Assembly (NCBI GenBank): GCA_965216465.1
Contig: CBDCFW010000005.1
Coordinates: 416,001 to 480,000, forward strand
Length of the DNA stretch: 64,000 nucleotides
Reading direction: 5' to 3'
From: Bacteroidia bacterium
GTDB lineage: Bacteria; Bacteroidota; Bacteroidia; NS11-12g; UBA9320
Part shown: piece after piece, positions 18,386 to 28,777 of the stretch
Position numbering within the stretch: position 1 is the stretch's first letter
Layout: every line of letters begins with the position of its first letter
Program-made: the position numbers and the translations under genes
Notes under the pieces: generated by a model
Told to the model about the DNA's origin: nothing
Databases searched by the model: none
What the model saw: the letters and a program-made list of their open reading frames with translations, nothing else

Positions 18386-18415
18386 AGAAGGTCGCAAAAT
18401 ATTTTGCGACCTTCT
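18386..18415. terminator. Perfect 30-bp palindrome, probable terminator of the dipeptidase gene
   Basis: AGAAGGTCGCAAAAT|ATTTTGCGACCTTCT followed by TTCGTTTT. Confidence 0.7.
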
Positions 18416-18448
18416 TTCGTTTTGAATTTATCTAAAAGCAACCTTACT

Positions 18449-20029
18449 ATGAAAACTTTATTTGTAACGACTCTATTATTTTCCGCTTTTTGGGTATGCG
18501 GACAAACCATTGAAAAACACACCGTTTATTTTGATGTTGATTCTTATAAAATCAGCAAAACTGAACAAGCCAAACTCAAACAATTTTTAGCCGGACTTGA
18601 TCAAGCACTGGTAAAAAATATCAGTGTAGAAGGTCATACCGACCACGATGCCAGTGATCAATACAATGTTGATTTGTCTAAAAATAGAAATGCAAGTGTG
18701 CTCAAGCAATTGTACGAAGCTGCAGACCGTAAGATATTGATTACCGCTTCTCATTTTGGTGAAAGTCAACCGGCAAAAAGCAATTCTACTGACTCAGGAA
18801 AGCAACAAAACCGACGGGTGGAAATTACTGTCGCACTTGACTCCTACTTCGCACCCGAATCGAGTGATTTTTACTTCAACGAGTGGGATAAAGCTGCTAA
18901 AACATTTCAAATTGACCCTAAACAATCAACCACTATTCGGGGACCAGAAGGAACAATAGTTTACTTCAAACCGAACACATTTTGTGATGCAGACCCCAAC
19001 AACAAGGTAAATATTTCGCTAAAAGAATACTATAAACTTTCTGATATTTTGATGGCTCAATTAACAACTACAAGCGGAAAAGACATGCTCGAAACTGCAG
19101 GAATGGTCGAATTAACTGCGGAACAAAATGGAAAAGAGCTGGAACTATGTAAAACAGCAGTAATTATGTTTCCAAGTCAAGATACAAAAGACTTTAGAGG
19201 TTTTAACGGCACTCATGACACTACACACAACATTATGGATTGGACTGCAAGCTCAGATGGCACCTACGACCCCATTGATGGAGGCCTCTTCGATTCTCAA
19301 GGTGGTTTGTCTGGTATAGTTTTTCCTCGCGATTGCATCAACTTGGAAGGAAGTGTCAAAATTCGTTGTGTATCTGGTTGCCAAAGAGAAGTTTTGAGCT
19401 CAGGTGGAAAAAGATACTACAATGCCGAATTAAAGCAAGATGAGGTAGTAGCTTATTTGAGAAAAAAACATTGGTTTAAAAGAAGAGTTTCAGTTCAATA
19501 CTACAATCGAACTTACAATAGAATTAAAAACCAAATGAGAGACACAACTTCGGCCATGGTATATAGAGCATGCTACAATAAGCAAGATCAGATTGAAAGG
19601 GTTAAAGAAAACTTAGAAAACCTTGAAGATGGTGGAGAAATTAACACAGCACTATTCGACCAAACTATGAACTATGTTATAACTTCCACAGCTAAACTTG
19701 GGTTTATAAATTGTGATCGTTTCACCAATAGACCGAATCGGCAAAATTTCAATTACAAAATTGGCGAGCATGATGGGACAGTTTCATCGAAATTAATTTT
19801 TCATAAAATTAAATCAATCATGCCCGGGCATGAGTATAATGGAAAAATCAGCTTTTCTAGTGTTCCAGCCGGAGAAGCAGTAACATTACTAGTGATTAAA
19901 TATGTAAAGGATAAAATTTTAATTGCGGCACCACAGTTTAGACTGGGGCAATACCCTACATTAGATTTTGAGGAAGTAAAACGCGAAAATTTGCAGGATA
20001 AAATCAAGTCAATTACATCAAAAATCTAA
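18449..20029 (+). CDS. OmpA-family peptidoglycan-binding domain protein with a large C-terminal region
   Basis: VYFD, EGHTD..S..YN..LS..R, FGE..P and NRRVEI motifs; MLETAGM and LGFINCDRF conserved Bacteroidota motifs; ATG 18449 gives a clean signal peptide. Confidence 0.8.
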   Translation: MKTLFVTTLLFSAFWVCGQTIEKHTVYFDVDSYKISKTEQAKLKQFLAGLDQALVKNISVEGHTDHDASDQYNVDLSKNRNASVLKQLYEAADRKILITASHFGESQPAKSNSTDSGKQQNRRVEITVALDSYFAPESSDFYFNEWDKAAKTFQIDPKQSTTIRGPEGTIVYFKPNTFCDADPNNKVNISLKEYYKLSDILMAQLTTTSGKDMLETAGMVELTAEQNGKELELCKTAVIMFPSQDTKDFRGFNGTHDTTHNIMDWTASSDGTYDPIDGGLFDSQGGLSGIVFPRDCINLEGSVKIRCVSGCQREVLSSGGKRYYNAELKQDEVVAYLRKKHWFKRRVSVQYYNRTYNRIKNQMRDTTSAMVYRACYNKQDQIERVKENLENLEDGGEINTALFDQTMNYVITSTAKLGFINCDRFTNRPNRQNFNYKIGEHDGTVSSKLIFHKIKSIMPGHEYNGKISFSSVPAGEAVTLLVIKYVKDKILIAAPQFRLGQYPTLDFEEVKRENLQDKIKSITSKI

Positions 20030-20240
20030 AAATGTCATATTAATGCAATAATCGAAGTTGATGCTCGTTATAGTAATGAGTTGTAACTCAACTACCCCCT
20101 TCAACATATGTTGATTTTGTTTGTTTAATTGGCTATGAATACTCGAAATTAAACCGAACACTTTTCAGGAAAACTCAAATTACCGACGCTAATCGTATAT
20201 CAAATTTTTTGCCCAAACTAAAAACTAAAACTGAAAAATT

Positions 20241-21830
20241 ATGGCAAAAACTAATTTATCACCGAGGCAGAAAATGATTAACATGATGTATCTTGTTCTG
20301 CTCGCTTTACTCGCTCTGAACGTAGATCGACATGTACTGAAGGCTTTTCACGACATGGAATTGAACCTGATTTCATCTGCTTCCAATTACGATGCAAAAA
20401 ACAAACTACAAATGGCTAGCTTCTTAAAGCTGCTTCAATCTGATGAAGAAAAAGCAAAACCTTACTATGAGTCAGCATTAAAGGCTCAAGAAATTTCAAA
20501 AGAATTCAACACTTACATTGAAGGTCTAAAAACGGAGATTGAAGAACTTTACCGCGGTCGCGAAGAGGCCGAAGAAGATGAGCTAGTCGGGGCACTTAAG
20601 ACTCCAGAACAAATGGAGAAGCATGCAAATCTTTTTGTGGTAAAAGACAAAGGCAAAAGAGCAAAAGAGCTTCAAACTAAAATCAATACCACAAGAGATA
20701 AGTTACTTGAATTATTAAAACCCGACAAAGACTCTTTGTTTCGAGATAATAGACAATACCACCAAGCGAAACGTTCAAACTTGTTAAATGCCAACGATCC
20801 ATCTTCGGCTGGAGTTAACAAAAAAACATGGGCTTCTGAAAACATAGAATACAAACCTGTTGGTGCCTTGATGGCATTGCTAACTCAATACCAAAATAAC
20901 GCCAAAGCTTTAGAAGCGGATGTTATTCGTGGATTAATGACGGGTGTAAACGAAGGTTCATTTATCGTTGATCAAATCGACGCTAAAATTATCCCTCGAT
21001 CAAACTACGTTATGGCAGGAGAAAATTATCGAGCGGAAGTTATGCTCATAGCCACCAACTCAACCGTCCAACCTAAGATCACCATGAACGGAGAGGTTCT
21101 AGAAGATGTTGACATGGGTATTGGAAATATAAGTTTTCCTGTTTCTGGAATTGGTGAACAAACCGTATCGGGAGTGGTTACCGTAAACGACCCCACTACC
21201 AATAAACCCAAAGAATATTCCTACAATGATACATTTCAGGTTTTTAGCCCGGTTGCGACGGTTTCAGCAGACAAAATGAATTTGCTGTATGTCGACTTGA
21301 ACAACCCATTATCCATATCGGTTCCCGGGTTTAGTGCCGCAGATATTCGCGTTAGCGTTTCGAGCGGAGCACGAATCACCGGAAGCAATGGACGCTACAA
21401 CATCAAGGTAGACGGATCTCAGCGAAAGGTAAATGTTACCGTATTTGCAAAAGGAAACAACATGGGTACGACTGAATATCGTGTAAGAAATGTTCCCACA
21501 CCAAGCTTGCAAATTGGAGGAATTACCAATTTCTCAAGAGGCCTTCGTAGAGCTGAGCTTATTCCTCAGAATGCCATGTATGCAAATCTTGGAATGGATT
21601 TCGCCTACGACATGCGCTGGAGAGTGTTAAGCTATAAAGTAATTTACATCCCGCGAAACAGACCTGCAGTTTGGAAACAAGTAACTGGAAGTGCCATTCC
21701 ATCTGATGTAAAGCAATGGTTCAGATCAGCACAACCTGGAGATCGTTTCTCGATAGAATCTGTAAAAGCACAAGACACAGAATACGGTATAAGACGTAAT
21801 CTTAATCCCACTTCGTTTGTAATGAGGTAA
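20241..21830 (+). CDS. gldM: Gliding motility/T9SS motor subunit GldM (PorM family), stand-alone copy
   Basis: SPRQKMINMMYLVLLALLALNV signature; ATVSADKMNLLY..L.NPLSISVPG. Confidence 0.88.
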   Translation: MAKTNLSPRQKMINMMYLVLLALLALNVDRHVLKAFHDMELNLISSASNYDAKNKLQMASFLKLLQSDEEKAKPYYESALKAQEISKEFNTYIEGLKTEIEELYRGREEAEEDELVGALKTPEQMEKHANLFVVKDKGKRAKELQTKINTTRDKLLELLKPDKDSLFRDNRQYHQAKRSNLLNANDPSSAGVNKKTWASENIEYKPVGALMALLTQYQNNAKALEADVIRGLMTGVNEGSFIVDQIDAKIIPRSNYVMAGENYRAEVMLIATNSTVQPKITMNGEVLEDVDMGIGNISFPVSGIGEQTVSGVVTVNDPTTNKPKEYSYNDTFQVFSPVATVSADKMNLLYVDLNNPLSISVPGFSAADIRVSVSSGARITGSNGRYNIKVDGSQRKVNVTVFAKGNNMGTTEYRVRNVPTPSLQIGGITNFSRGLRRAELIPQNAMYANLGMDFAYDMRWRVLSYKVIYIPRNRPAVWKQVTGSAIPSDVKQWFRSAQPGDRFSIESVKAQDTEYGIRRNLNPTSFVMR

Positions 21831-21837
21831 CAAGGCC

Positions 21838-21867
21838 GGGGTGTTGAAAATTCGACACCCCTTTTTT
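21838..21867 (+). terminator. Rho-independent terminator after gldM
   Basis: GGGGTGTTGAA..TTCGACACCCC followed by TTTTTT. Confidence 0.85.
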
Positions 21868-21932
21868 ATTGTGACAAATAGCTTAAACAACTTTAATTTT
21901 TGTATGCTAGATTTGCGTTCTATAATTTTCGC

Positions 21933-24900
21933 ATGTACAAAAACACCCAAAGATTCCTCGTACTAGGACTACTCTTATTTTCTTTCTCTTTTGCCCAAGC
22001 TCAAAAACTCACATACAAAATGATGATGTATGACATGAGTTACAACTTTTATGAAGTAGTTGAAGCTGCTGAAGAGTACTTCAAAGACAAACCAAAAGGC
22101 AAAGGAAGCGGATGGAAAGGCTACCAACGCTGGAAAAATGAAAACGAGAGCAAATACTACCCTACTGGGATCAGATCAAACATTGATCACTACCTTCCTC
22201 AACGTACTTATTCTACCTTAAAGGAGGAATACAATCGATACCATTTTAAAACTTCTTTTGATAACGGCTGGGTTGAATTAGGTCCATGGGAAACAGGAAC
22301 AATCACTAGGCACTACAGTTCTGGACTCGGTAGAGTTGAAACTTTTTATGTAGACCCTGCTGATTCAAACAGAATATTTCTAGGCTCTAGAAGTGGTGGA
22401 TTTTGGAAAACTGATGATGGAGGAAGTACATGGACAAATACAACCGATTTCTTAGAAGCTTCAGGTGTAGAAACCATTGCTGTGAACCCAAATAACACTG
22501 ACGAAGTTCTGATTAGTGTTCAACATGGAGGAAACGGATACACCTATGGGATTTACCGATCTACTGATGGTGGAGAAACTTGGTCGAAAACCAATTTTGA
22601 ACCCACCAACTTAAATTGGGGTGGACTAGGTGATAATGAACGCATTTATAAAATGGCCTATCACCCATTAATCGAAAATCGCATATATGTTGGTACCACC
22701 AAAGGATTATTCGTTTCTGACGACAACCTCGATACATGGACCAATACCATGGGAAGCTGGATTCGTGATATTGAATTTCATCCAACTTCAAGCAATGTAG
22801 TGTATGTATATCGCTATACCTCTGGCGATGCCAATCGAGTAAAAATTAGTACAGACACGGGTTATACCTTTGTTAATTCAATATCGTTGACGGATAACAA
22901 CAATGCACGTGCGTTTTTATCAACTACACCAGTTGAACCTGATCATCTGTATTTCGCTTCGACAAACGGAGTTTGGAAGTCAAGAGATCGAGGTACAACT
23001 TTTGAATTCCTAGCTAATCCAGAAGAATCTTGCCAAGCATTTGCAATATCTGACTTAGATACTGCAATTATGATGTACGGCTATGTCGACATGGAATTTA
23101 GTGATAATGGTGGACTAAGTTTTGAGCAAATCACTAACTGGTATGCTCCCGTTCCACATGACCAATATATTCACGCAGATCTAAGAGCAATGGAGTGCCT
23201 TAATGGCGTTTTCTACGCAGGAACGGATGGCTATTTAGTAAAATCATACAACAATGGAGAAACATGGCACCGTTTGAATGAAGGGACTGCAATTCGTGAG
23301 TTTTATGCAGCGGGTTTATCGCAATCAAATCATAAGGTTCATATGGCAGGTTCGCAAGACAATGGTACAAGCATCTTGAACAATGACGGTTGGATTGAGT
23401 GGAATGGTGGAGATGGTATGGAAGCTATAATCCAACCACTTAATGAAGATATAATGTTAGGAAGCTGGCAATATGGTTCACGTAATTTTACGAACGACGG
23501 AGGAATCACGCGTAGAGCTGTAGGCAATCCTTCAAGTGGTCAAGGTAAAGCAGCATGGGAGGCTCCTTTGCTTATGAATCCACTCAAACAGATGGAAGTA
23601 TATCACTTTAGCGACAAAATGTACACGAGTGAAGACTTCGGTCAAACTTGGAGATTGACTGGCAGTCCGCAAATTGGTTTGATTACAGAAGCAGCAATAG
23701 CAGAAAACAATGGTGACATTATAGCCGTATCTCGTGGAGGAAATCTACAACTTACAACTGATGGCGGTGCCAATTGGACTAACAGATCTGGTCTACTTCC
23801 AGGCAATACAATTACCGACATTGCATTTGATCCCAACGATGACAATACGATGTATGTAACCTATAACTTCTATGGAGACGACGGTAAAAAAATATACGTA
23901 ACATATAACCAAGGTCAAACTTGGGAAAACATCACTTACAATTTAGGTAATATGCCGCTCAGAACGGTTGTTGTTGACCACAGCGATTCGTCTTATATCT
24001 ACGTTGGTGGTGAGGTAGGTGTGTACTACAAAAGTAAAAATGGCAAAACTTGGACGCTTTACGACGAAAACATGCCTACAGTTACCGTGAAAGATTTAGA
24101 AATTCATTACGGAAGCAACTCCATTAAAGCGGTTACTTGGGGTCGTGGGCTATGGGAGTACACCTTAGTAGGAAGAAATGATTATCCTTCGATAAACACA
24201 ACAAACATTACACACCCAGTTGACGAAGAAAATCCGAAGTATAGCACTTCTCAGTTTGTAACTGCTTCCATCATTTACGATGACAACCTAACTAATGTTT
24301 ATACAATCTGGTCGTTGAATAATACAAACTTAAGCGACACCATTCCAATGAATTATATTGGTTCAGATGAATGGATTACACGAAGTGCGTTCCCTAATCT
24401 TCAAGAAGGTGACAATGTTTATTTTAAGGTTATTGCTGAAGGAACTGGCAACGAAGTTTCTGAGTCTTATCGATTCCAATTTGAGGTTAAAGAATTTGAG
24501 TACTGTTTTGCCCTAGGATCAACGAATACAACTTCTGACTACATCACAAGAGTTCAGTTGGAGGACATCGATAACGAATCAAATCAAGACTTTTACGCCA
24601 GCAACATACTTCAAGAAACCGATTTAGTATCAGGAGAAGAATACGAGCTTACAATTACAATGAACTATTCATTTACTGAAGACACAGTAGCTGCTTGGAT
24701 CGACTTTAACAATGATGCCAATTTCAGTACCGATGAGCATATTATTATGTCAGCTATTGATGAACAGCATGTTAGTACCGGAAAATTCACTGTACCGTTA
24801 GATGCTGTTTCTAACACTAAACTAAGAATGAGAACACGCTCGCAATACAACTCACTACCTAATCCCTGTGATGAATTTGCAGGAGAAGTAGAAGACTATA

Positions 24901-25181
24901 CCGTTATTGTTCGTGAAAGTGGTAACACACACGAACTTAATAAGGAAATTAAGTTTGATCTTTCGCCCAATCCAAGTTCAGGAAGTTTTGAAATAGCTCT
25001 ATTTGAAGATTACGATGAAGTTTCAATCAACGTATATGACCTTCAAGGCAAGCTGGTTCATCAATCAGCATACAATCACCAATTAAAAATTGGATTGGAC
25101 CTTAATTTATCATCAGGAACTTACATCGTTGACATTAAGGCTGATCATGCTCAGGGGCAAAAGAAACTGATTGTTAACTAA
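21933..25181 (+). CDS. T9SS-secreted BNR/VPS10-like beta-propeller protein with GEVED domain
   Basis: Repeated S.DGG.TW Asp-boxes; IHAD; QDNG; GGDG; TWGRGLW; AWIDFN...GEVEDY; C-terminal PNPS...YDLQGK...SGTYIV. Confidence 0.85.
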   Translation: MYKNTQRFLVLGLLLFSFSFAQAQKLTYKMMMYDMSYNFYEVVEAAEEYFKDKPKGKGSGWKGYQRWKNENESKYYPTGIRSNIDHYLPQRTYSTLKEEYNRYHFKTSFDNGWVELGPWETGTITRHYSSGLGRVETFYVDPADSNRIFLGSRSGGFWKTDDGGSTWTNTTDFLEASGVETIAVNPNNTDEVLISVQHGGNGYTYGIYRSTDGGETWSKTNFEPTNLNWGGLGDNERIYKMAYHPLIENRIYVGTTKGLFVSDDNLDTWTNTMGSWIRDIEFHPTSSNVVYVYRYTSGDANRVKISTDTGYTFVNSISLTDNNNARAFLSTTPVEPDHLYFASTNGVWKSRDRGTTFEFLANPEESCQAFAISDLDTAIMMYGYVDMEFSDNGGLSFEQITNWYAPVPHDQYIHADLRAMECLNGVFYAGTDGYLVKSYNNGETWHRLNEGTAIREFYAAGLSQSNHKVHMAGSQDNGTSILNNDGWIEWNGGDGMEAIIQPLNEDIMLGSWQYGSRNFTNDGGITRRAVGNPSSGQGKAAWEAPLLMNPLKQMEVYHFSDKMYTSEDFGQTWRLTGSPQIGLITEAAIAENNGDIIAVSRGGNLQLTTDGGANWTNRSGLLPGNTITDIAFDPNDDNTMYVTYNFYGDDGKKIYVTYNQGQTWENITYNLGNMPLRTVVVDHSDSSYIYVGGEVGVYYKSKNGKTWTLYDENMPTVTVKDLEIHYGSNSIKAVTWGRGLWEYTLVGRNDYPSINTTNITHPVDEENPKYSTSQFVTASIIYDDNLTNVYTIWSLNNTNLSDTIPMNYIGSDEWITRSAFPNLQEGDNVYFKVIAEGTGNEVSESYRFQFEVKEFEYCFALGSTNTTSDYITRVQLEDIDNESNQDFYASNILQETDLVSGEEYELTITMNYSFTEDTVAAWIDFNNDANFSTDEHIIMSAIDEQHVSTGKFTVPLDAVSNTKLRMRTRSQYNSLPNPCDEFAGEVEDYTVIVRESGNTHELNKEIKFDLSPNPSSGSFEIALFEDYDEVSINVYDLQGKLVHQSAYNHQLKIGLDLNLSSGTYIVDIKADHAQGQKKLIVN

Positions 25182-25905
25182 TTCTTTTTAGAACAACATC
25201 ATAAAATCCAGTAGGATGTAAACAAAGGTGAGTCATTTGAAATTTGCCTTGTTCTAATAGCTCAAATACCGCACGAGGTACTCCGTACGACACTAAATTA
25301 TGGGCATCGAAATGGGTAAAATCGTTACACTGAATAATACCACCAACCTTCACCTTTTGTGAAGCAGTACTCAGGTCTTTTTTTACGCTAGAATACTTGT
25401 GATCGGCATCGATGTATATGTAGTCTAAAAAATCATCTGAAACTTGGGCTAGGCATTCCCACGAATTTCCCGTCATGATCTCCAAATGTGTTTGGCCTAA
25501 ATTTGATGCTACTTGTTTTTCAAAGTATTCTTTGTGGCTAAGCTTTGTTTTAGTCAGCGGCTCTCCCCATTTTCCATTTGGTGAAACGTTAAACAAATCA
25601 ATCGCGACAAAACTTTCTGGCTCAAGCATTTTCAAGATTTCATTTGAAAAGTCTCCAAACCCCACTCCTACTTCAGCTACTTTAGATCGCTTGCCAACTT
25701 CTTTTAGTACTGCTGATCGGTCAGCGAATAGTTTGACACCATCGAGCCACTTTTGCTGAATTTGAGGAGTAGCTGTTTCGTTAAATTTAGATTCGAAGCT
25801 TTCTGTATGAATCAATCGGTAGCCTCTTTCCAACATCCAAGATTTTATTTTCTTCTTTATACTCAAACTAAATGGTCTAGATTCTGTACACTTGATTGAG
25901 GCCAA
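25174..25905 (-). CDS. Class I SAM-dependent methyltransferase (Methyltransf_24-like)
   Basis: AEVGVGFG; DYIYIDADHKY..VKKD; KVKVGGII..ND; the listed TTG start lies in a TAACTTTG box, so the real start is probably downstream. Confidence 0.8.
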   Translation of the reverse strand: MASIKCTESRPFSLSIKKKIKSWMLERGYRLIHTESFESKFNETATPQIQQKWLDGVKLFADRSAVLKEVGKRSKVAEVGVGFGDFSNEILKMLEPESFVAIDLFNVSPNGKWGEPLTKTKLSHKEYFEKQVASNLGQTHLEIMTGNSWECLAQVSDDFLDYIYIDADHKYSSVKKDLSTASQKVKVGGIIQCNDFTHFDAHNLVSYGVPRAVFELLEQGKFQMTHLCLHPTGFYDVVLKRIS

Positions 25906-25950
25906 AGTTAAGCTTCTGAGTAATTTATCTGATATTTGCTCATTGATTTT

Positions 25951-26823
25951 ATGGGCTTTAGAAAAATTCTAGTTGTAGCAAATTCTTATGCATGTGGAGG
26001 GAAGGCCACTGAAGTTCTCAATAAATACATAAGCTTTTTAAAGGCAAATGACATTTCGTATTACTCCTACTTAACAACTCCTAAGAATAATGTTCAGAAC
26101 ATTCAAAAATTGATAGAAGTTGAGAAGTGTGATCTTGTGAGCATTCTTGGAGGAGACGGTACAATCAACATTGCCATAAACTGCTTGCCCAATTTAGACA
26201 TGAAGGTGCACATTATTCCTGCAGGAACTGGAAATGATCTTGCCAAAATGGTGTACCCTAATGGATTTGAACTTAGTGATGTATTCAATCTGGTTTTAAA
26301 TGACAACCCAAAGTTTACGCAAGCCGATGTTTGGATGTGCAATAAACGAAGATTCGCCAATGGTTTTGGGGCTGGCTTCGATGGAGAAGTTGCCCATCGA
26401 ACAATAAATAAGAAATACATCATCTCCAACAGGCTTAAGTATTGGTTTGAAATCTTCAGGTTGATTTTCACATATCGAAATCGAGACATTAAAATTAACG
26501 GCGAAAAACTATCCTGTTTTATGATTGCCGCAGCTAACGGAAACGTGTATGGTGGCAACTTCAAAATTGCTCCTAAAGCACAAATTAACGATCAGCTTTT
26601 AGACCTGATTAATATCTCCCGTGCTTCTGTCTTTAAGCGGTTGAGGTATCTTCCTCAAGTTCAAAAAGGCAAACACCTTAACCTACCAGTAATTAACTAT
26701 AGCCAGCAAGACCACCTGGTAATTTCCTGTAATTCAAAATTAGCTGCTCATGTTGATGGTGAGCCTATTTTAGATTCTATTTACCACATCAATTTCGATG
26801 GTAAACTAAACGTTTTGGTTTAG
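25951..26823 (+). CDS. Diacylglycerol/lipid kinase family protein (YegS/DagK-like)
   Basis: GGDGT, IPAGTGNDLA, GAGFDG, NG..YGG, AP.A..ND and HVDGE motifs. Confidence 0.9.
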   Translation: MGFRKILVVANSYACGGKATEVLNKYISFLKANDISYYSYLTTPKNNVQNIQKLIEVEKCDLVSILGGDGTINIAINCLPNLDMKVHIIPAGTGNDLAKMVYPNGFELSDVFNLVLNDNPKFTQADVWMCNKRRFANGFGAGFDGEVAHRTINKKYIISNRLKYWFEIFRLIFTYRNRDIKINGEKLSCFMIAAANGNVYGGNFKIAPKAQINDQLLDLINISRASVFKRLRYLPQVQKGKHLNLPVINYSQQDHLVISCNSKLAAHVDGEPILDSIYHINFDGKLNVLV

Positions 26824-27620
26824 CTCTTCAGTTTTCTCCAGCGCATCCAGAAAAACGAACAAGCTGCAATAATCAGCAGCGCAATGAATTGTGAATGTGA
26901 AAGCGCTCCTCCAAATAAGAATCCTCGTGCTTCATCACCTCTGTAAATTTCGACAATGCTCCTACCCACACCATACATTATGAGGTAGATTAAAAATAAT
27001 TGTCCAGCAAACTGTTGTTTCTTTCTTACAAGAAGCACAGTAATTAAGATGATCATGTTAACCAAAATGTCGAACAGTTGCGTTGGGTACAACGGAGTAT
27101 TTAGCGGTTCAGCCAGGCTGTCGGGATGTGTAAATGTAACGCCTAGCCATGAGTCACAAGCCTTGCCATGGCAACAACCTGCCATAAAACAACCTATCCT
27201 ACCAAAGGAGTGAATTATCGGTCCTACAATAGCCAAAACATCAAAAAAAGGCCGAATTGGAACCTTTTCTTTTTTAAGCCAAAAGTATATCGTAGGGATG
27301 GCAAAAATCAAAGAACCATAAAAGACAAATCCACCTCCAACAACCTTCCCCATTAAACTAGGATCATTAATGTATCGATCCGTATCCTCTAAGTAAAAGA
27401 ACAACTTGCCTCCAACAAAAGCAGCAACAATAACCCAAAGAAATAAACTCGAAAGTTTATCCGCGGTCATTCCAAACTTCTTGGTTAACCTCAAAGCCAC
27501 AATAAATGAAACTATTATACCTATGGCAATAAGTAGACCATAACTATATAGCGAAATTTCGGCGGGTAAAAACCCTTGCATGCCTTGCGGAATTTTGATG
27601 GTGATGAGCTTTGGAAACAT
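26820..27620 (-). CDS. lgt: Prolipoprotein diacylglyceryl transferase family protein
   Basis: YSYGLL; FYGS; GRIGCFMAGCCHG; PTQL; R..VE.YRGD. Confidence 0.85.
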   Translation of the reverse strand: MFPKLITIKIPQGMQGFLPAEISLYSYGLLIAIGIIVSFIVALRLTKKFGMTADKLSSLFLWVIVAAFVGGKLFFYLEDTDRYINDPSLMGKVVGGGFVFYGSLIFAIPTIYFWLKKEKVPIRPFFDVLAIVGPIIHSFGRIGCFMAGCCHGKACDSWLGVTFTHPDSLAEPLNTPLYPTQLFDILVNMIILITVLLVRKKQQFAGQLFLIYLIMYGVGRSIVEIYRGDEARGFLFGGALSHSQFIALLIIAACSFFWMRWRKLKS

Positions 27621-27649
27621 ATCGGACCAAAAATAGCAATTAAATTAGG

Positions 27650-28777
27650 TTAAGCATCCTCTAAATAAGCCTTGTTATAGGTCCTCCCCTTCCATACACT
27701 TTTAACAGGCAAAAAGTAGAAAATACCTGTAAATAAGGTGTTTAATATCACATAAACCTCATAAAACATTAAATTCAAAAAGCTAAATGGACGTCGATTG
27801 ACCTTCAAACACAAGAAAAAAATGAATATACTTTGACTTAGCATTTTTAGGAGCCACGTGTACATTGCCAACTCTGGATCAACTAAAAACAAGGCTATCA
27901 GTACTGGGATAAAAAGCCCATAAAGAATAATCATTGATTTCCAGTTAAGTGGAAGTTCGCGAGCTCCAATTAGCCATCGCTTGCGTTGATGAAGCATCTC
28001 TTTAATACTGGGAATATACCAAGCCAAGCCTAAGCTATCTTCACTCATACCTGTTCTCCAATCCCAGCCTCGAGAAGTAACTTCCTTAAAAAGTTTATAA
28101 TCCTCTGTGATAGAGAAGTCAATGTTCTCATAGCCCCCCGTTTCCCAATAGGCATCGGCCTTAACCGCCATATTATTGCCCACACTCGTACATCCAATTC
28201 GAACATTAGCAAAGGCTTTGATATACCCCATAAAGTGCAACCAATCTATTGCCTGCAAGGTGGCAAAGAATGATCCTCTTTCACATTTCGTTGTTCCTGA
28301 AACTATTCCCACTCCATCCTCAAAGTTTTGAAGATGAGCATGAATCCAATTTTCGGGTAGTTTCACATCAACATCGGTAATATAAAAATATGCTCCAGTG
28401 GCTTGATGTGCTAAGTGTGCTAGAACGTTGGCCTTCCCTCTGCCCTTTCCGAGGTTAGATGTAATTTGAACAAGCTCAAACTCTGGCTTGTCTTTGATAA
28501 ATTCTTGAACAATATCAGCAGTTCTATCGGTGCTAGCATCATTACCAATCAAAACCTGAATTTTATCTTTGGGGTAATTGAGCTCGTCAATAGATCGCAT
28601 CGACCGTTCAATTAATTTCTCTTCGTTACGTGCTGCTAGCAATATTGAAACCTTTGGAAGGTCTTCACCGATTTTCAATACGTCATTCTTATGTTGAACG
28701 ATTGACCAAATCGAAAAAATTTGAATGCCATAAAACACCAAACAAACAATGGCTATTAATACCGCAACAACTATCAC
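27650..28777 (-). CDS. GT2-family membrane glycosyltransferase
   Basis: VSILLAARNEE; NDASTDRT; TDVD; TED; QRKRW processive motif; C-terminal TM helices. Confidence 0.9.
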   Translation of the reverse strand: MIVVAVLIAIVCLVFYGIQIFSIWSIVQHKNDVLKIGEDLPKVSILLAARNEEKLIERSMRSIDELNYPKDKIQVLIGNDASTDRTADIVQEFIKDKPEFELVQITSNLGKGRGKANVLAHLAHQATGAYFYITDVDVKLPENWIHAHLQNFEDGVGIVSGTTKCERGSFFATLQAIDWLHFMGYIKAFANVRIGCTSVGNNMAVKADAYWETGGYENIDFSITEDYKLFKEVTSRGWDWRTGMSEDSLGLAWYIPSIKEMLHQRKRWLIGARELPLNWKSMIILYGLFIPVLIALFLVDPELAMYTWLLKMLSQSIFIFFLCLKVNRRPFSFLNLMFYEVYVILNTLFTGIFYFLPVKSVWKGRTYNKAYLEDA

